Of a DNA stretch of 64,000 nucleotides, positions 36,936-50,404 are shown piece after piece. Made by a program: the position numbers and the translations under genes. The stretch is taken from assembly GCF_009834535.1 (NCBI RefSeq), contig NC_045697.1:74402001-74466000 (forward strand), read 5' to 3'. Below the pieces are notes generated by a model. That model searched no databases. It had not been told where the DNA came from and worked only from the letters and a program-made list of their open reading frames with translations. How positions within the stretch are numbered: the first letter of the stretch is position 1; every line of letters begins with the position of its first letter. Source of the stretch: Camelus ferus (Eukaryota).

Positions 36936-39900
36936 GAAAGAAATGTAAAGGAATACTGCTTTTGAAACAGAGTTGTGGCATGGGACGTGCCCGTGCTATC
37001 CGATTCTTTGTTCTTTAGGCATGATATATGTATTTTTGCATTTATACTGCCAAAATTTAACAAATGGTTCCAAGGTTTTCTGTGTTGCAATAAAATGCCT
37101 TTAAACTAAAAAGGGCCAGATGGATCCCTACCATTAATATTGTAGATGGCGGAGTTGTAAAAATGAGTTCAAAGATGGATGTTTCCTTGCCTGTGTTTTA
37201 TTTTTCCACAATCTCAGATGGTCCAAATGCCTCTCGCCAGTTCAGTGATCCCTTCTGTTTTCATTTTGCTATAAAGAGGTAGAGGAAGGTGGGGGCCAGA
37301 GGTCAGCTCAAAGTGAGAAGGAAGAACAGGACCAAAAAGAGGCTTGTTGGGGACAAATGGAAACCTCCTGATTAATTTCTCAAGAAAGCATCTGTGAAAT
37401 TAAAGCCTTTGTCACTACATTTATTCCAGGAAAATGCCTTGCTGTTCTTTAACAATTACATCTGGTAATGGGTTACCTATAAACATTCCAAACAGCTTCT
37501 GAGAAATTTAATGTGAAAAATGTTTTTGCCTTTGACCCTCGGATAATCTCAGAGTTCTTTGCCACAAGGAGCACTCTCCCTCCCTTATCAAAGGTGCCCT
37601 GGTTCTCATTTTTGAATGATTCACTTTAGAATTTTCCTTCAAATCAGCATAGCAAAGCCAAAGGAAACTGTCCCCACCTACACACAGAATCTTCCAATTT
37701 GCCCCTGAGAAGATGTGCAAGTTGGGGCGGCCATACCCTCTGGTATTGCTTGTTAGAGCTCACACCCCAGTGCAGTGACCCTTTGGTGAGTGTTTATTCC
37801 ATTTGGTTGAGCATATGAGAGCCGTTTTGACTCAGCCTTCATGTGAGTCGGGTATATATGCGTTTACACGAAGCATGGTGCGTTTCACTTTCACTTGCTC
37901 CCCCCCCCCCCGCCCCGTTTCGTGGACTTGCGGTCTTCAGAGAGGACGACGAACATGGCAAGGAGCTTGCGTGGCTCAGCCACGAGGCCACATTCAGCCA
38001 GACTTCCCGTCCTTCCCTCTGGGGCTGAGGAAGGAAGGATCAGAGACGTTACCCACACAAGCACAGGAGCTTACCTCCTGCTTCCTTCCCCTGCGACCCA
38101 GATCCCCTCCCACCTGCGGAGGGCACGACCTGTTCCAGAAATAGGCAGGTTATGTTTTCTTTGTTCTCCTATAGGTCATAACCTCACCTTCTTTCTATCT
38201 TTTGATTCTTTGTTTTGTTTTCTTGACTCATAAACAGATCTCTACATGTTGAGAATTCAAAATTAATTGTCTTGGGCTTTACCTTTATTGACTGTTGATG
38301 TGGCTCTTGATTTTGTAAAGGGGAAATATTCCTGATGTGCTCCTAACACACTGATGGTTACATATTTGTATCGCATGGCACCTTAATCACTCAGATTGTC
38401 ACGAAATACTCATTTCTTGCTCTGTGATTATTCTGTACCTTAACTTCTCCATCATATTAACTTTACGTATTTAACAATTTCTCTACTACAAAGTGGCGAT
38501 GTCTGTAACAATGATTTCTCAGGGTTTGTTTATCTGATTTTAAAAAGCCGTGTATGCTGTGAAACAGTTCTTAACTAAAAGCACTCTCCAGTTTGGGACA
38601 GCTGAGTCGAGCCCTGACTTTTGTACCTGATTCACTGTTAACACTGTGCTCAGCTGCAGTTTTCCCGTTGTACAAGTGGGTTTAAGGTGTGAGGGGTATT
38701 GCAGCTCTAAACTCCATTTGAGAACTTCCTTAGTATTGAGAAGAACGTACAGGATCTCAATGTTGCACTTCTGTGTGGCCATCCTGTCTACTTGGAGACT
38801 TGGCTATATATGTGGCTCTGACTGTTGTGTTTCTAGTTAAAGCACTTTGTAGAGATGTGAAGAAAAACTCAAAATACAGCTAGTTCTAGGTCTCAACACA
38901 GCTATTCAGTTTTTGAGTTCTTTGGCTGTCATTTAGCAATTTGTGGCTTCTGAAGGAAATTATGTGAATGAGGGTGGTTTTGTGTCCTTTTTTCCTTAAG
39001 ACCAGGCAATATGCAGATATTTTATTTTGTTTCTTTGGAGATTTTGGGAAGATGTAGAACCCACACCTAAAGTTTGACTTTGCTCTATTTGTTCTAAACC
39101 TCATCTCCTCCTGCCTCCTCTCTACAACTGTACAGTTGCCATGTCAAGTGAAAATTTTGGACTCTTATCAGCATTAGATAAGCTTACTGGTTGGTGCAAC
39201 TTAAGGACCGAGAAACTAATTCATTCTGAAACTGTTTTGGAGTTGTCAAATCAGATAACTTCACTGGTAATGTAAATTACTGGCTAATGATCATGGACCA
39301 CTAGAAAGAATGATGAGCAAATTGTTGAATTCTTTCTGTATTTCAAGAGAAAAGGTTATTACTTTCAGCAGAGAATTTTGATTTAGTTAATGAAACACTT
39401 AAATTTCATATGTCCTTCCTTATTTGTATCTGACTTCAGAAATCAGCCTCATAAAGGGAACATGATTTATTAATTTTTGCTCCCTATATTGGTTGTTGAT
39501 TTCCTGTCCTGGTCACAAAATTATATAGATTACACCCTCCTTTGATTATTTAGATTTTGAACACTTTCTTTAAAATAGTCTAAAGTAAATAAGAAATATT
39601 GGAAGCAGCTTGGAAGGTCACACAAATTGTTCCTTCACAAAAATGTTATTCCTAGTAAATGCCTTCCCATTAGTATTCAACAACGATGGCAACCTTCACT
39701 GATCTTGAATCAGCATTTTATAAATAAAGCAGCTTTTTATACCCATACAGTCACACCCACTCTGGGTATCAGCGGGAGTCTCAAGGCAGGTTGTGCCATG
39801 CAGAGCCGGGTTGAAGATGCCAGCAAGTCCTGGGCCAGTTTAATTATGCTGAGCACGCCTCACCATCTTAATGCTTGTTAGCTCCCTCCTCTCATTTTGG

Positions 39901-40899
39901 GGTGAGAGTGCAAAATCGTGTGGGGTTTGTTTTTGTTTTTTTTTTTTTTTTTTTTTTTTGAGGTAGGAATAAATGCAAGGCAGTGGGCAGTTTTAGAACT
40001 CCTTCCAATGCTCAGTATGAATCTCCAGATCCTTAGGAAGTGAAGTTTTCAATTAAGATTATCCAACCACCACTTTCCATGCAAAAATTATTTAAGAACA
40101 GCATGCACTCTGGGTAACTTCAAGTGGTCTTGGAATGCAGATTCCAAACTAAAATCAGTGTTGAAGAAGTCTGACCTTTTCCCATAGGTAGTTTTGGAGT
40201 ATGTGTCGTCTTGAAAATTAAGTTTCACAGAAATTACCTTGTTCCTTCATTTTCTGCCCACACATTAGAACTGATCTTTATATAATACTATTGAGGTCTA
40301 TTAATTTCCTAAGATCCCCTCATAAATTAATTTGGGCAGATCTTAACCTTGATGGACTAGAGATTTTAGCACTTTCTCAGGCGAGGAGGTCAAACCAAGT
40401 AAAGGAAAGCACTTTCCTGGCTGCAAATTCAGCTGTTAGATCTGCTCTCAAATACAAGGAGATGCTGCCTTAAAGTGCCCATGCGTGCGCACCCGGTTCC
40501 TGGTACTGAGGGGGCACTTCTGGCCCGGAAACAATACTTTTTGCTACTTGGAAACTTTTTGATAAGCCTTGGAAAATATAGGTGTGCTTCCCCATCTCCT
40601 CTCCTATAGCATTTGTAATGGTTTTCATCAGTAGAATTCACGTTATATGCATTTCCAGTCAGTTGAATCCACCGCATGCTTTTAAAGCGACAATCCAGTG
40701 ATGTTGAGTGATTCCCTGCAGTTTCCTTCAGAGAGAAATGGAAGACATCCATCACAGGGGCTGGCCCTTCATCGCAGGAGGTGGGAGGGAAGGAGAGAAG
40801 GGTTCTGATCATCTTCATCATCCCCCCTCCCCCACCACCATAGCAGATGCTTCTGCCCCTTTTCCACCAATTTTGTGCAGGCCTTAAAATTTTCCTATC

Positions 40900-41350
40900 A
40901 GTCTTTTAAAAATATTTATTTATTTTTATAAGAGAAAATGCATTCATTTTCTCAAATACCCCTCCTCAGAGCATTAAATACTACCAGCTTTTGGTATACC
41001 TTTTAGAAATATTTTACTTACTTATGGGCAAATTCCTATATATCTTCACTCTCACCCCTTTTATGCAAATAAAAGCATACTGTGTATGCCATTCTTTACC
41101 TTGCTTCTTTTTCTTAAAAATGCACCTTGAAAGGCTTTCTTTATCATCAGCACACGAAGAGCCTGGTAACTTATTTATGGATGTGTAGTATTACACTGTA
41201 CCATAATATACTAACCAGTTTCTTATTGATGGACATTTATGTTTATTCTAATCTTTTGCTAATACAAACAATTTTAAAGTAAGCAACCTTGAACATACAT
41301 TGAAAAAATATTGTTTTGCATGCGTTATAGTATTTCTGCGAGATAACTTT
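40900..41350 (-). mobile_element. L1ME-like 3' fragment (a related piece lies at ~42100-42545)
   Basis: ttcttattgatggacattta...ttttgctaatacaaacaat. Confidence 0.6.
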
Positions 41351-44300
41351 TCATATGTGGCCCACTGACATATGCAGTTGTAATTTTGACCAGTTGGCCA
41401 TTGGTTTCTTACTTGGTAGTAAAAATGTGTAACATATTCTTCATATAAGTAGACTGGTGCTTGGAACTTCTCCAAGCAAAATTGTGGCTGGTAGTAAGTA
41501 GGTAAAGGGAAGACTGGATTACAGTGCTGACTTAAGTCTCTTGCAGTCCTGTATTCAGAATCTGATCTGTTGCTTGATGCTACGATGTTCTGATCCCTAC
41601 TCTTTGCCCAAAAAATCCTCTGACAAGTCAGTGAAAGTCCCTCTGCCCCCATTTTTCATCTGTTTATTCTTAGACTATAGGCACCTGATTGGGAGGATGG
41701 GGTGAGGCTTGTCCATTAGCCAGGACCTTCACCTGGCTTCCCGCCTATCAGTTGTCTACTTTTTCTGGATGTGAAGTCATTTTTACTTGTAAGAAAGAGT
41801 CACACATTCTTTTAGGACTTGCTTAATTCATTGACCTTTCATTATCTTTATGGTTCAACACATAATTTTTACAGCTTGTATATAGTGTTTGCTTTTTTTT
41901 ACTATACCCAGTAACCTATTAGGGAGGACTGTATAGAGTTTTGATATCAGAATAGTTTTTTGGGACACCATGTTATGTTATATGATATGTTATATCTGTT
42001 ATAAATGTTTTCATGAAATGTTTAACTATTGTACCAAAGTACTTTTTAAAAGTGACTTTTAAACTGTAGGTGCATATCATTTCCATTAATTATCCTAATC
42101 CTTATTCCAATTATATCTTTAATCATCTTATTATTTAAAAAAATAAGAAATGCATACATAAGTTAAAAATTAAAAGACCCAGACTGGGAGAGAGAGAGGC
42201 AGTGAAGGTAAATCTTTCTAACTTCCCTATTTTCCTGACACCTAGGTCCAACCCCCAGCAGGCAACCACTATTGATCTTTGCAGAGATTTCTACGCATTA
42301 CCCAAATTTTCCTTGTTCATAAAATGATGACATGGAGTAGGAACTAGTCTGTATCTTCTTTTTTCATATAATACTACATTTCAGAAGCCAGTCCTTATCA
42401 GTTCATGTAAACCTGACTCATTCTTTTCAGTATATATCATATTTCTTTTGAATGTACCATAATTAATTTGAAATTATGCACATTTAAGTAGTTTCCAATA
42501 TCTTGTTTTTACAAAATATGCTGCAGTGAATATCTTTACATATTCACCATCACTACTACATACATATAGATGTGGGAGAGTTACAAAGACATACTATTTT
42601 TATGTAAGTACAGTTATTGAAATGATCTCATTTGATGTTTATAAATTTTCTTATCTAAAATATATAACTTAAAGAAGATTAAATTATGGGTGATATGACA
42701 GAGCAGAAACCTTCCATTCAGTTACTTTCTATTTTTTATTCCTTAGAAGATACCTTAAAAGATGAATAGAATGGATTTATTTCTATATTTTTATGTCCTC
42801 CCTTGTTTGGGAAAGAACATGAAGTGGCTTCCAGGAATGAATGCAATAAAATAGAAAAATAGAATTAACACAGGCAAGAGGAAGAAAAAAGGATAGAATA
42901 AAAGGTAAGATGTTAGGAGGAGAGTTAATAAATGCAGATATATAAGCCATGGAATTTAAATTATATTTCATAATTTGGCTCTTAGTTTCTGCTAGCCAAA
43001 GGAAAAAGGGAAGTTTTATTGCTCATATAATTCATGTTGTTTGTTAGAGAAAAAGCAAACCAGTGATTTGGGGGAAATTATGGCTTTTCCCACACAGTTC
43101 TGAAAGAAGACTTTCATGTGGTCCCTCACAGGGTGGGGGTGAATGATGGTGTGGAAGTGGTTACCGTAACTTGTTTATCCTAAAGCCAGGGGTGGTTCTG
43201 GGTTCTGTAAAGCTGTTCCGTGGAAGATCTCCAACCTAAGATGAAGCCCTTACTCTGGAAGTGCAGTTCATGGGCCGCTGTTCTGGATGCAGCTTAAGAA
43301 GCATGGTGCATGCTTAGCTTTCTGACGGCTCAGCTTCATTCAACCCAGAGTGTCCGGCAGTGACGGGTGAATGGTATAGGGCTTTGGTTGGACGATTCCA
43401 GATTGGACAAGACAGTTTCAGGTTGGGATCTCTGACAACATCAGGTTTGCTGTATTATTAATTAAAAGCTAGTCCATATATTTTTTCTCTTTTTTTAACC
43501 TATGCATTTTAAAGATCAGTTTGTGGTTGATGGAGTTTGTTGGTACCCAGAGGCACTGGGATTGGAGTGCAGATAGGTGTCTCTCAGGATCAGTCCTGGT
43601 AGAAAGAGGTTCTGCAAAGAAATCAGTGGGAAAAGTTTTTATATCAACTTTGTATGAGTATAATTTTTGTGTTCGTTGGATATAAATATATAAAGCCATC
43701 ACCATTTTGTATGTACTTACTCATTTCCAGGCAAATTATGGCTTGGAGTAAGAAGTGAAGCACAAACATTGCTTCCAGGCATCATTTTTCCTACTTATGC
43801 TGTTTTATGAAGTAGGAGCCAGTGAACCCAGAAACAACAAAATCTTTGGCCAGTGCTTGTTTCCCCAAAGCTCCTGAGTGTTATAGGTGTGCAGAGGAGC
43901 CAAAATGACCCTGAGGTTTTACCTTAGTTCACCTGGATCTTGTGGAGAGCTGCCTTAAATAAGCCACTTAGGCCTGAACAGACTCAAAGTAGAGTCTCAT
44001 GTCACCATCCAGACACAAACTTAACTTCTTTTCACTGGGGTATGAGGAAGGTTAATTCTCATGCACTCCAGAAGCTCCAGGGGCAGTGCAACTGGGAACC
44101 CTGATGCACATATGCCCTGGGAGAATCTCCCTCTCTCTCCAAAAAAAAAAAAAGATGACTCAACATATGTCTTGAGAGGGCACCATCCCAGTAGGTGCCC
44201 CTTATCCTTTGATGGAGGATACATTTGGGGGGGAATTATGGCTTTGAATGCCTTTCCTCAGAGATCAGCACCAACCAAAAATCTAACCTGTCCAAGAATT

Positions 44301-47300
44301 GTCACCCTCTATCAACCTGGATGGGTGCTGAGGAGTTTACATTGCCAGGGTCAAGATCTTTCACTTCTTCATGGGAATCAATAAATGATAAATTGTCACA
44401 GGTAATAGAATGCAGCCAAGATAATTTGGCTTGAGAAAATTTCAAAGTGGTATCTATCACTGACCATAGAAAAATACTGTAGCATAGGCCTCATGTGAGT
44501 GACAGTGGGTCCCTAGGAATCCACTAGAGCAAACTGGTTGCAAAACATATACCTAGTTACTAAAAAATTGGTCTGTTACAAGGTATAGAGTTCAGTTAAG
44601 TAATACAAAATACAAAGAAATTTATATTGGACATTTTAAGTTATGTTTAGTGCATAAATTATATTTAGTGCATTTTAATGCACTAAAGCTTCATTTAAAA
44701 TTTTCGAGTTTCATCACTTAATTACTACCAGAGCATAATTGAGATAACTAGGGTCATAATATAATTACTAATAAAATTCGTGATAAAGCCAGGATAAAGG
44801 AGTACATTACAGCCCACATGTGATAAAGTAGTATTATGTATAGTAAAATAGTGACAGATATCTATGTTCATTCTATAGTCTTTTGTAAATACTCTCAAGA
44901 ATTTTAGTTTTAACTTAGCCTGATGAAACACTGTTAAGTCAACCTGTTATTGTTAACTCCGATAGGAGGAAGAGATATGAATAATCAAATTGGTTTCTTA
45001 GCTTTAGAAGATAGAACTTGATTTTGGAGAAGAAACAGTTTTCTTCCTAATTCTATTTAATTAGAAGCCCTCATTTTCTGCCATGTATTAACCAAAGGCT
45101 GAAGAGAGCCTTGGTAGGTACCAGATGGCAGGGGAAAGTCAATTTGAGACTAAGGATTTGCTGTAGGTGATTTGCATGAGCATAATCTAGAGTCAACTAA
45201 ATTTTAAAACTGAACACTGCATTTGATCAATATCTCTTTAAGGATTCTGTAGATTAATGACATAAATTCTCCAGAACTGACAGTGTTTTCCTTTTGTAAC
45301 ATCATCAAATCACAAAGTTAGGGTTGTCTTTTGTAAATATTATTGACTTATTCTGAACTTTTAGGAGCTATGTCATCACGGTTTAAATTTGTGCTCATAT
45401 ACACAAAAGAGGAAAAAATTGGACATTTCTGGATTTATGTTCACTTTGCCAGAAACAATGTTATTTTTCAAAAATCCTTAGTCTTGTTTTCATAAATCAG
45501 AGTTTTCAAATTCAGTTTCTGTGGAAAAATCCCTAAATGGTCAAAGGTGTGTTGCTAAATTTATAGAAACTAACTCCTTTGGATAGACTTCATGAATGTG
45601 TTTCCTCCCACCCAAAATATTTTTCTAAAGCCTTTGGTGCCTCCTGTTTTATTTCGGTGTTTAGATTTCCCAGGTACTTGGTAATTGTCTGCCAAATGCT
45701 TTCATGCCAACAAATAGCAAATAATAGAAGACAACAAACTGCAGCTTATGCTTAGTTGTATTTTTTTAATGTACATGGGTATTTAGAGTTGGCTTTTATA
45801 TAACTTACTATGGCTAAATTTCCTACTGGATAAATTGTCCCAAGTTCGTCTGATTTTCTTTGTGAAATACCATGAAATATTTATATAATGGTGGTTGCAA
45901 GTCCTTTGTCCCTTGAATTGAGTTTTTAAATCATTGATGAATTAAAAAGTTCATTGTATCTTGGTGTCTGTGTATGGTCAAGAATTAAGATATTCCCCTG
46001 TATAGTTTTATTTCCTAATTAAGGCAGAATTGCTTTTGAAACAATTAAATTTGGGGAAGAAAATACAAAATTATGAAGAAATGATTTGTAGATTTGCTAA
46101 ATGTCCTGTTCTCTATTCTTGTGTTGCGGTCTGATGAATTCTATAGCTTTAATGCTTAGAAAATAATGAACTGAAAGTTAGGATCATCCAGCTTCTGACT
46201 CAGAATGCTATTCATGAGATCTGTTATCCTGGGTGTTGGTGTTATAAATGTTCAGCGTTGGAGAGTAGTCTATGAATAGAATTTGCCAGGCTAATATTAA
46301 CTTTTTTGACAATGAGAAACACATGAAATTTAGGGTTAGGGTATGGTATGGGGAAATTCTTGGAGTTACTACTTTTTCCAGTTGGAGATTAGGGTTGGGA
46401 GGTAGACGTACAGTGACAAGGAGGACCCTTCCCTTTCATCTGCATACCTGGCATTTGTTACCTGTACGGAGGGGCGTGCACTATGCTTAAGAGGCTGTGC
46501 GACTCCCGTCTGGATCGTATAGTAACTGCATCAGTCATCTTAGTCTGAAGCGTTTTATTATTTCCTTTTCAAAGGTTGTGCTTGCCTAATATTTGATCAT
46601 TTTATAATGCATTACAGTAAATTGAACAATACATTAGAAGATAGGGGTACCTTCGGATAATGAAGGGGCTCAATTTTCTGGGTTTCTTATCCCTCATTTT
46701 CCTTAACACTGTCCAAAGCCCAGGATTGACTCCAGATCTGTAAACCTGTGTTTAGTCATCCCCTAATAGTTTAGTTTTTGTAGTTTGTGTTAATCACAAT
46801 TTTATAAAATCTTCAGATCTTTAGCCATGCCTGAGATCACTGAGAACCCTAGGAAGGCGCAGAGAGTCACTGAGAGCCCTCAGATGAGCTGAAGCAGTGG
46901 TCGGGGGCGAGTCACAGGAGAGAGTCCTACAGCTGTGAACTTGGTTGACAGGCTTGCCCATGCTGACCACTGTGGCTGTTTTACAATGGCTGCAGGGAAA
47001 CAGATCATCAGGAGAAAATGGGCTGATTTTTCTGTATTATGTACTACTGATGAATCCAATTTTAGTGCTCTCCACAGTGGGGTTTATACCAGAAAAAAAT
47101 ACATGTAGGGCATTTATTTTCAGCAACTTTCACAAAAATTGTAGTGATGTGAAAATTTCCTTATGTGTCAACAAAGACTAGACCTCCAAAACTTTGTGGA
47201 GATAACCTATTCCAGGTTTAACATTGCTTTGATTTAAAATGCAGTTTTGTATAGTTTTAAAATGCAAATTTTAGAATATGGGACATTGGCTAAAATTTCA

Positions 47301-48799
47301 TGCTAGAAGTCTTATTTAATGGATATAACTATTGATACCTTAAAATTTCTAAATCTATGTGTGGCAAGGCTGATTTATGTTAAGGAAGAGAAATGTGACC
47401 CAACTTCAAGATATTATGAGACAAAGACTATACAGAACTGTTTACCTGCTTGGTACTAATATAACTAGTTAGAAAATAATGATGTTTGCTATTCTTTATT
47501 GACTTGTTTCACCTTTATTTAATATATTTTTCTTAATAAACTAGATTATTCAAAATTGGCATTTTAGAGTATTAAAGAAACGGTATCCTTTTATATTTTC
47601 CCCTATTCATACATAACCCTAGTCATAAACAGTTTTCTTTCATATGTGATCCAGAATATAATTTGCAATTTATGCTTTATTTTCTGCTTTTTGCTTAGAT
47701 TGTGCCTGATATATTTCATTATTTTAAGAAATGTGTCAACATCAAGATACGGTGAGTTCTTTTAAAGTTAGCAACAGCAACAATAAAAACAAAACACTAA
47801 TTTGTTTTAAATCTAGCCAACATGAAAAAAAAACTCTAACAAGCAAATGTAAAATGTATGCTTTTAAAAATACAGAGCAGTCATTCTGGATCAATAGTTA
47901 AATTATTACTTTAATTAAATCAAATTGGCCTTAAGATTTTTTCTTCTGATGTTACTGAAAAGGAGGCTTCATTCACCTAATTTTAAATTATACAAACAAA
48001 TACACAACTGGAAAGTTAAAGTGAATATTTTATGCTTTGTAAAGGAAAAGCATTACCAGAAAAGAAGGAATAAAATCATCTCTCCTCTTACTTCTAGAAT
48101 CTCTAGGCTGGTCAATCCCTGACCATTATTAGTAGTGTTTCAAGTTTCTTCCATTTACTTTCATAAAACTGGGTGATCTATGTATCTCAAAGTGAAATGG
48201 CTGAGCTTTCGCACTAATTCTTGTTGCTATTGACAACCAAAGCAGCCATGCAAGAAGAAAGTGCCGTGAAGGAAAGAAAAACCTTAATATTTCCTCCCCA
48301 AAGTTGGAGAGAAAAGGGAACACACAGTATGTAAGAAACAGGTAAGTAAAGCTCTCTCAATTTAAAAACTACCAGCCTTGGTTACTAATTGATCAAAAGT
48401 TTTAATTTTTTTCAGATATTTTGTCCAACACTCATTTAAATAAAAGGATACTGTCTCTTGGAACCAAAAATTAATACTCTGAAAATGAAAAATTGGATTG
48501 GAAGGTACAGTGTCACAAAAGGTCTGGAATATTTTAATTTAGAATTTGAACTGTGAAAGAATAGCACAACTTCAATTATTGGGTAATATTTTTGTTACAA
48601 AATGTTTTTTAATGACAGAATGGTGACTAAAATATTACTATTTTAAACATGTCCTAGATTTTTTTTTTTGTTTCAGAAAAGCACTGAAAGTTGCATATGT
48701 GTAAGTCTCCGGGAATGTAACAAGTTGATAAATACCCAAGTCCAGCCTCCTTACAGAGAAAAGATCTGGAATTTCTTTTTTTGGACATTTGTTTTGCAG

Positions 48800-48850
48800 C
48801 TTTCTACGTCTTAAGGCAGAGAATAGCCAGAATAAGGTGCCAGCTCAAAG
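48800..48850 (+). CDS. NPNT: Nephronectin alternative 51-nt cassette exon (17-aa insert, long isoform)
   Basis: Acceptor tttgttttgcag|CT, donor AAG|GTTAGA; phase 1-1, open in frame: (P)FYVLRQRIARIRCQLK(A), matching the insert I recall from the long mammalian NPNT isoform. Confidence 0.9.
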
Positions 48851-49931
48851 GTTAGATGAACATATTTTTTGAAATAATTTTGGCTAATCCACATCTTGAA
48901 AAGCATACTTCTAAATAATAACTTCACAAAGTTATTAATAAAACTTAATGTTAGTGCTGTTTTTGAGTTGCTTTTTGGGGAGAAAACTATATTCCTTAGA
49001 CATGTGTTTATCCTGTTCATAATTTTATTTCAGTTACTACATTAAACTTTTTCCTTTCAGTTTATAATTCCTTTCTCCTGTTTTATGAATCTAATAAATT
49101 GACCTCCATTCTAATCTAAAGGACAGTTTATATTGTTAATACTTAAAGAAGCAGATTAAAAAAAAAAAAAGTCCACCAAATGAAATTACTAACACCATGC
49201 TATCATTAACCTGAGGGAGTTGTATCTCATATTCATTAATTCTCCATGGAAAAAATCAGGTAAGAAATATTTTTATTATATAAAGTATGGGATGTTCTAA
49301 CAGCACCTATGAATATCCGTGCTACTGTTTTGGTACATGAAGGATTTCTCGTTTTAAATATTTTGGGACAATGTCACCTGACAAATCACCCTTATGATAC
49401 TGTATTGGAAATTTTTGGTGAAACATATGAAATTCTATTTACACTGGTACCAGGAAGACCACGCACTTTAAACTGATACATGGGGGATACTATCACATGT
49501 CACAGAAAATGTTTTTAAGGGTAGATTTTAATAAAAACGTTTGGGAACAAAATTGTTCCAGAAATAAAAGTTAAGGAATTTCTTTGTTCAGGGACACTTA
49601 AAAATATCAAAGCATATGTACCTTATATTTACTATCAGCTACAGGATAAACTAGCAGAGCTATGGCCAAGGTCAAGGAGGCAACACTGAACAAAGAGTAT
49701 AATGTGGGCTTTGTCACCAGCAAATGAGGTTTGAGGACCTGTTCCTGTGATTCACCAACTATAACGTGCTAGATATTTTATTTAACTTTTCTGAGCCACA
49801 ATTTCCAAATCTTTAAACCTACTGGGCAAGACTGTTGCCGTAAGGGGAGGGAGTGCTTTATGCAGAACAATTCTTGATAAATGTTTGCTATCATTGTTGC
49901 AAGGTCAATATAAAGAATATAAATGAACTTT

Positions 49932-50081
49932 TTAAGATATTTATTTATTATTTTATTATTTTGGTGGGGGTGGGGGAGGTACTTAGGTTTAATTTATTTT
50001 TAGAGGAGCTGATGGGGATTGAACCCAGGGCCTCGTGCATGCTAAGCATGTGCTCTACGGCTTGAGCTGTGCCCTCCCCAC
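49932..50081 (-). mobile_element. tRNA-derived SINE (camelid type) with TSD
   Basis: ggggattgaacccagggcctcgtgcatgctaagcatgtgctctac...gagctgtgccctcccc; TSD aaatgaacttt at 49921-49931 and 50085-50095. Confidence 0.92.
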
Positions 50082-50404
50082 TACAAATGAACTTTGGAAC
50101 ACTCTTTTACTGGGGTCCATCATAGCATCCATGGTATACAGTATATTATAAAATACATTTTATTTACCATGCCTATTGTTTGGAAATAATCCATTGGAAG
50201 TAGTAGAAAATTTCTCAAATTATTCATTTCTAAAATAAAAACTGCCAGTGGTTAACTGTGCTTCTGAACCAGTCCTTCTCCACTGCTTTAATAACATCCA
50301 TTTGCAGACATCAGAATGAAGTATGGTTTTGGTTACTTAATGCAAGGAAAAGGAACTGGAAAGAATGAGACTTGAATTGTGCAACTACTTTTAGAGTTAG
50401 TGAT

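Noticed and set aside
46329..46341. TTAGGGTTAGGG telomere-like repeat
   Set aside because: Only two units; insufficient for an interstitial telomeric sequence.
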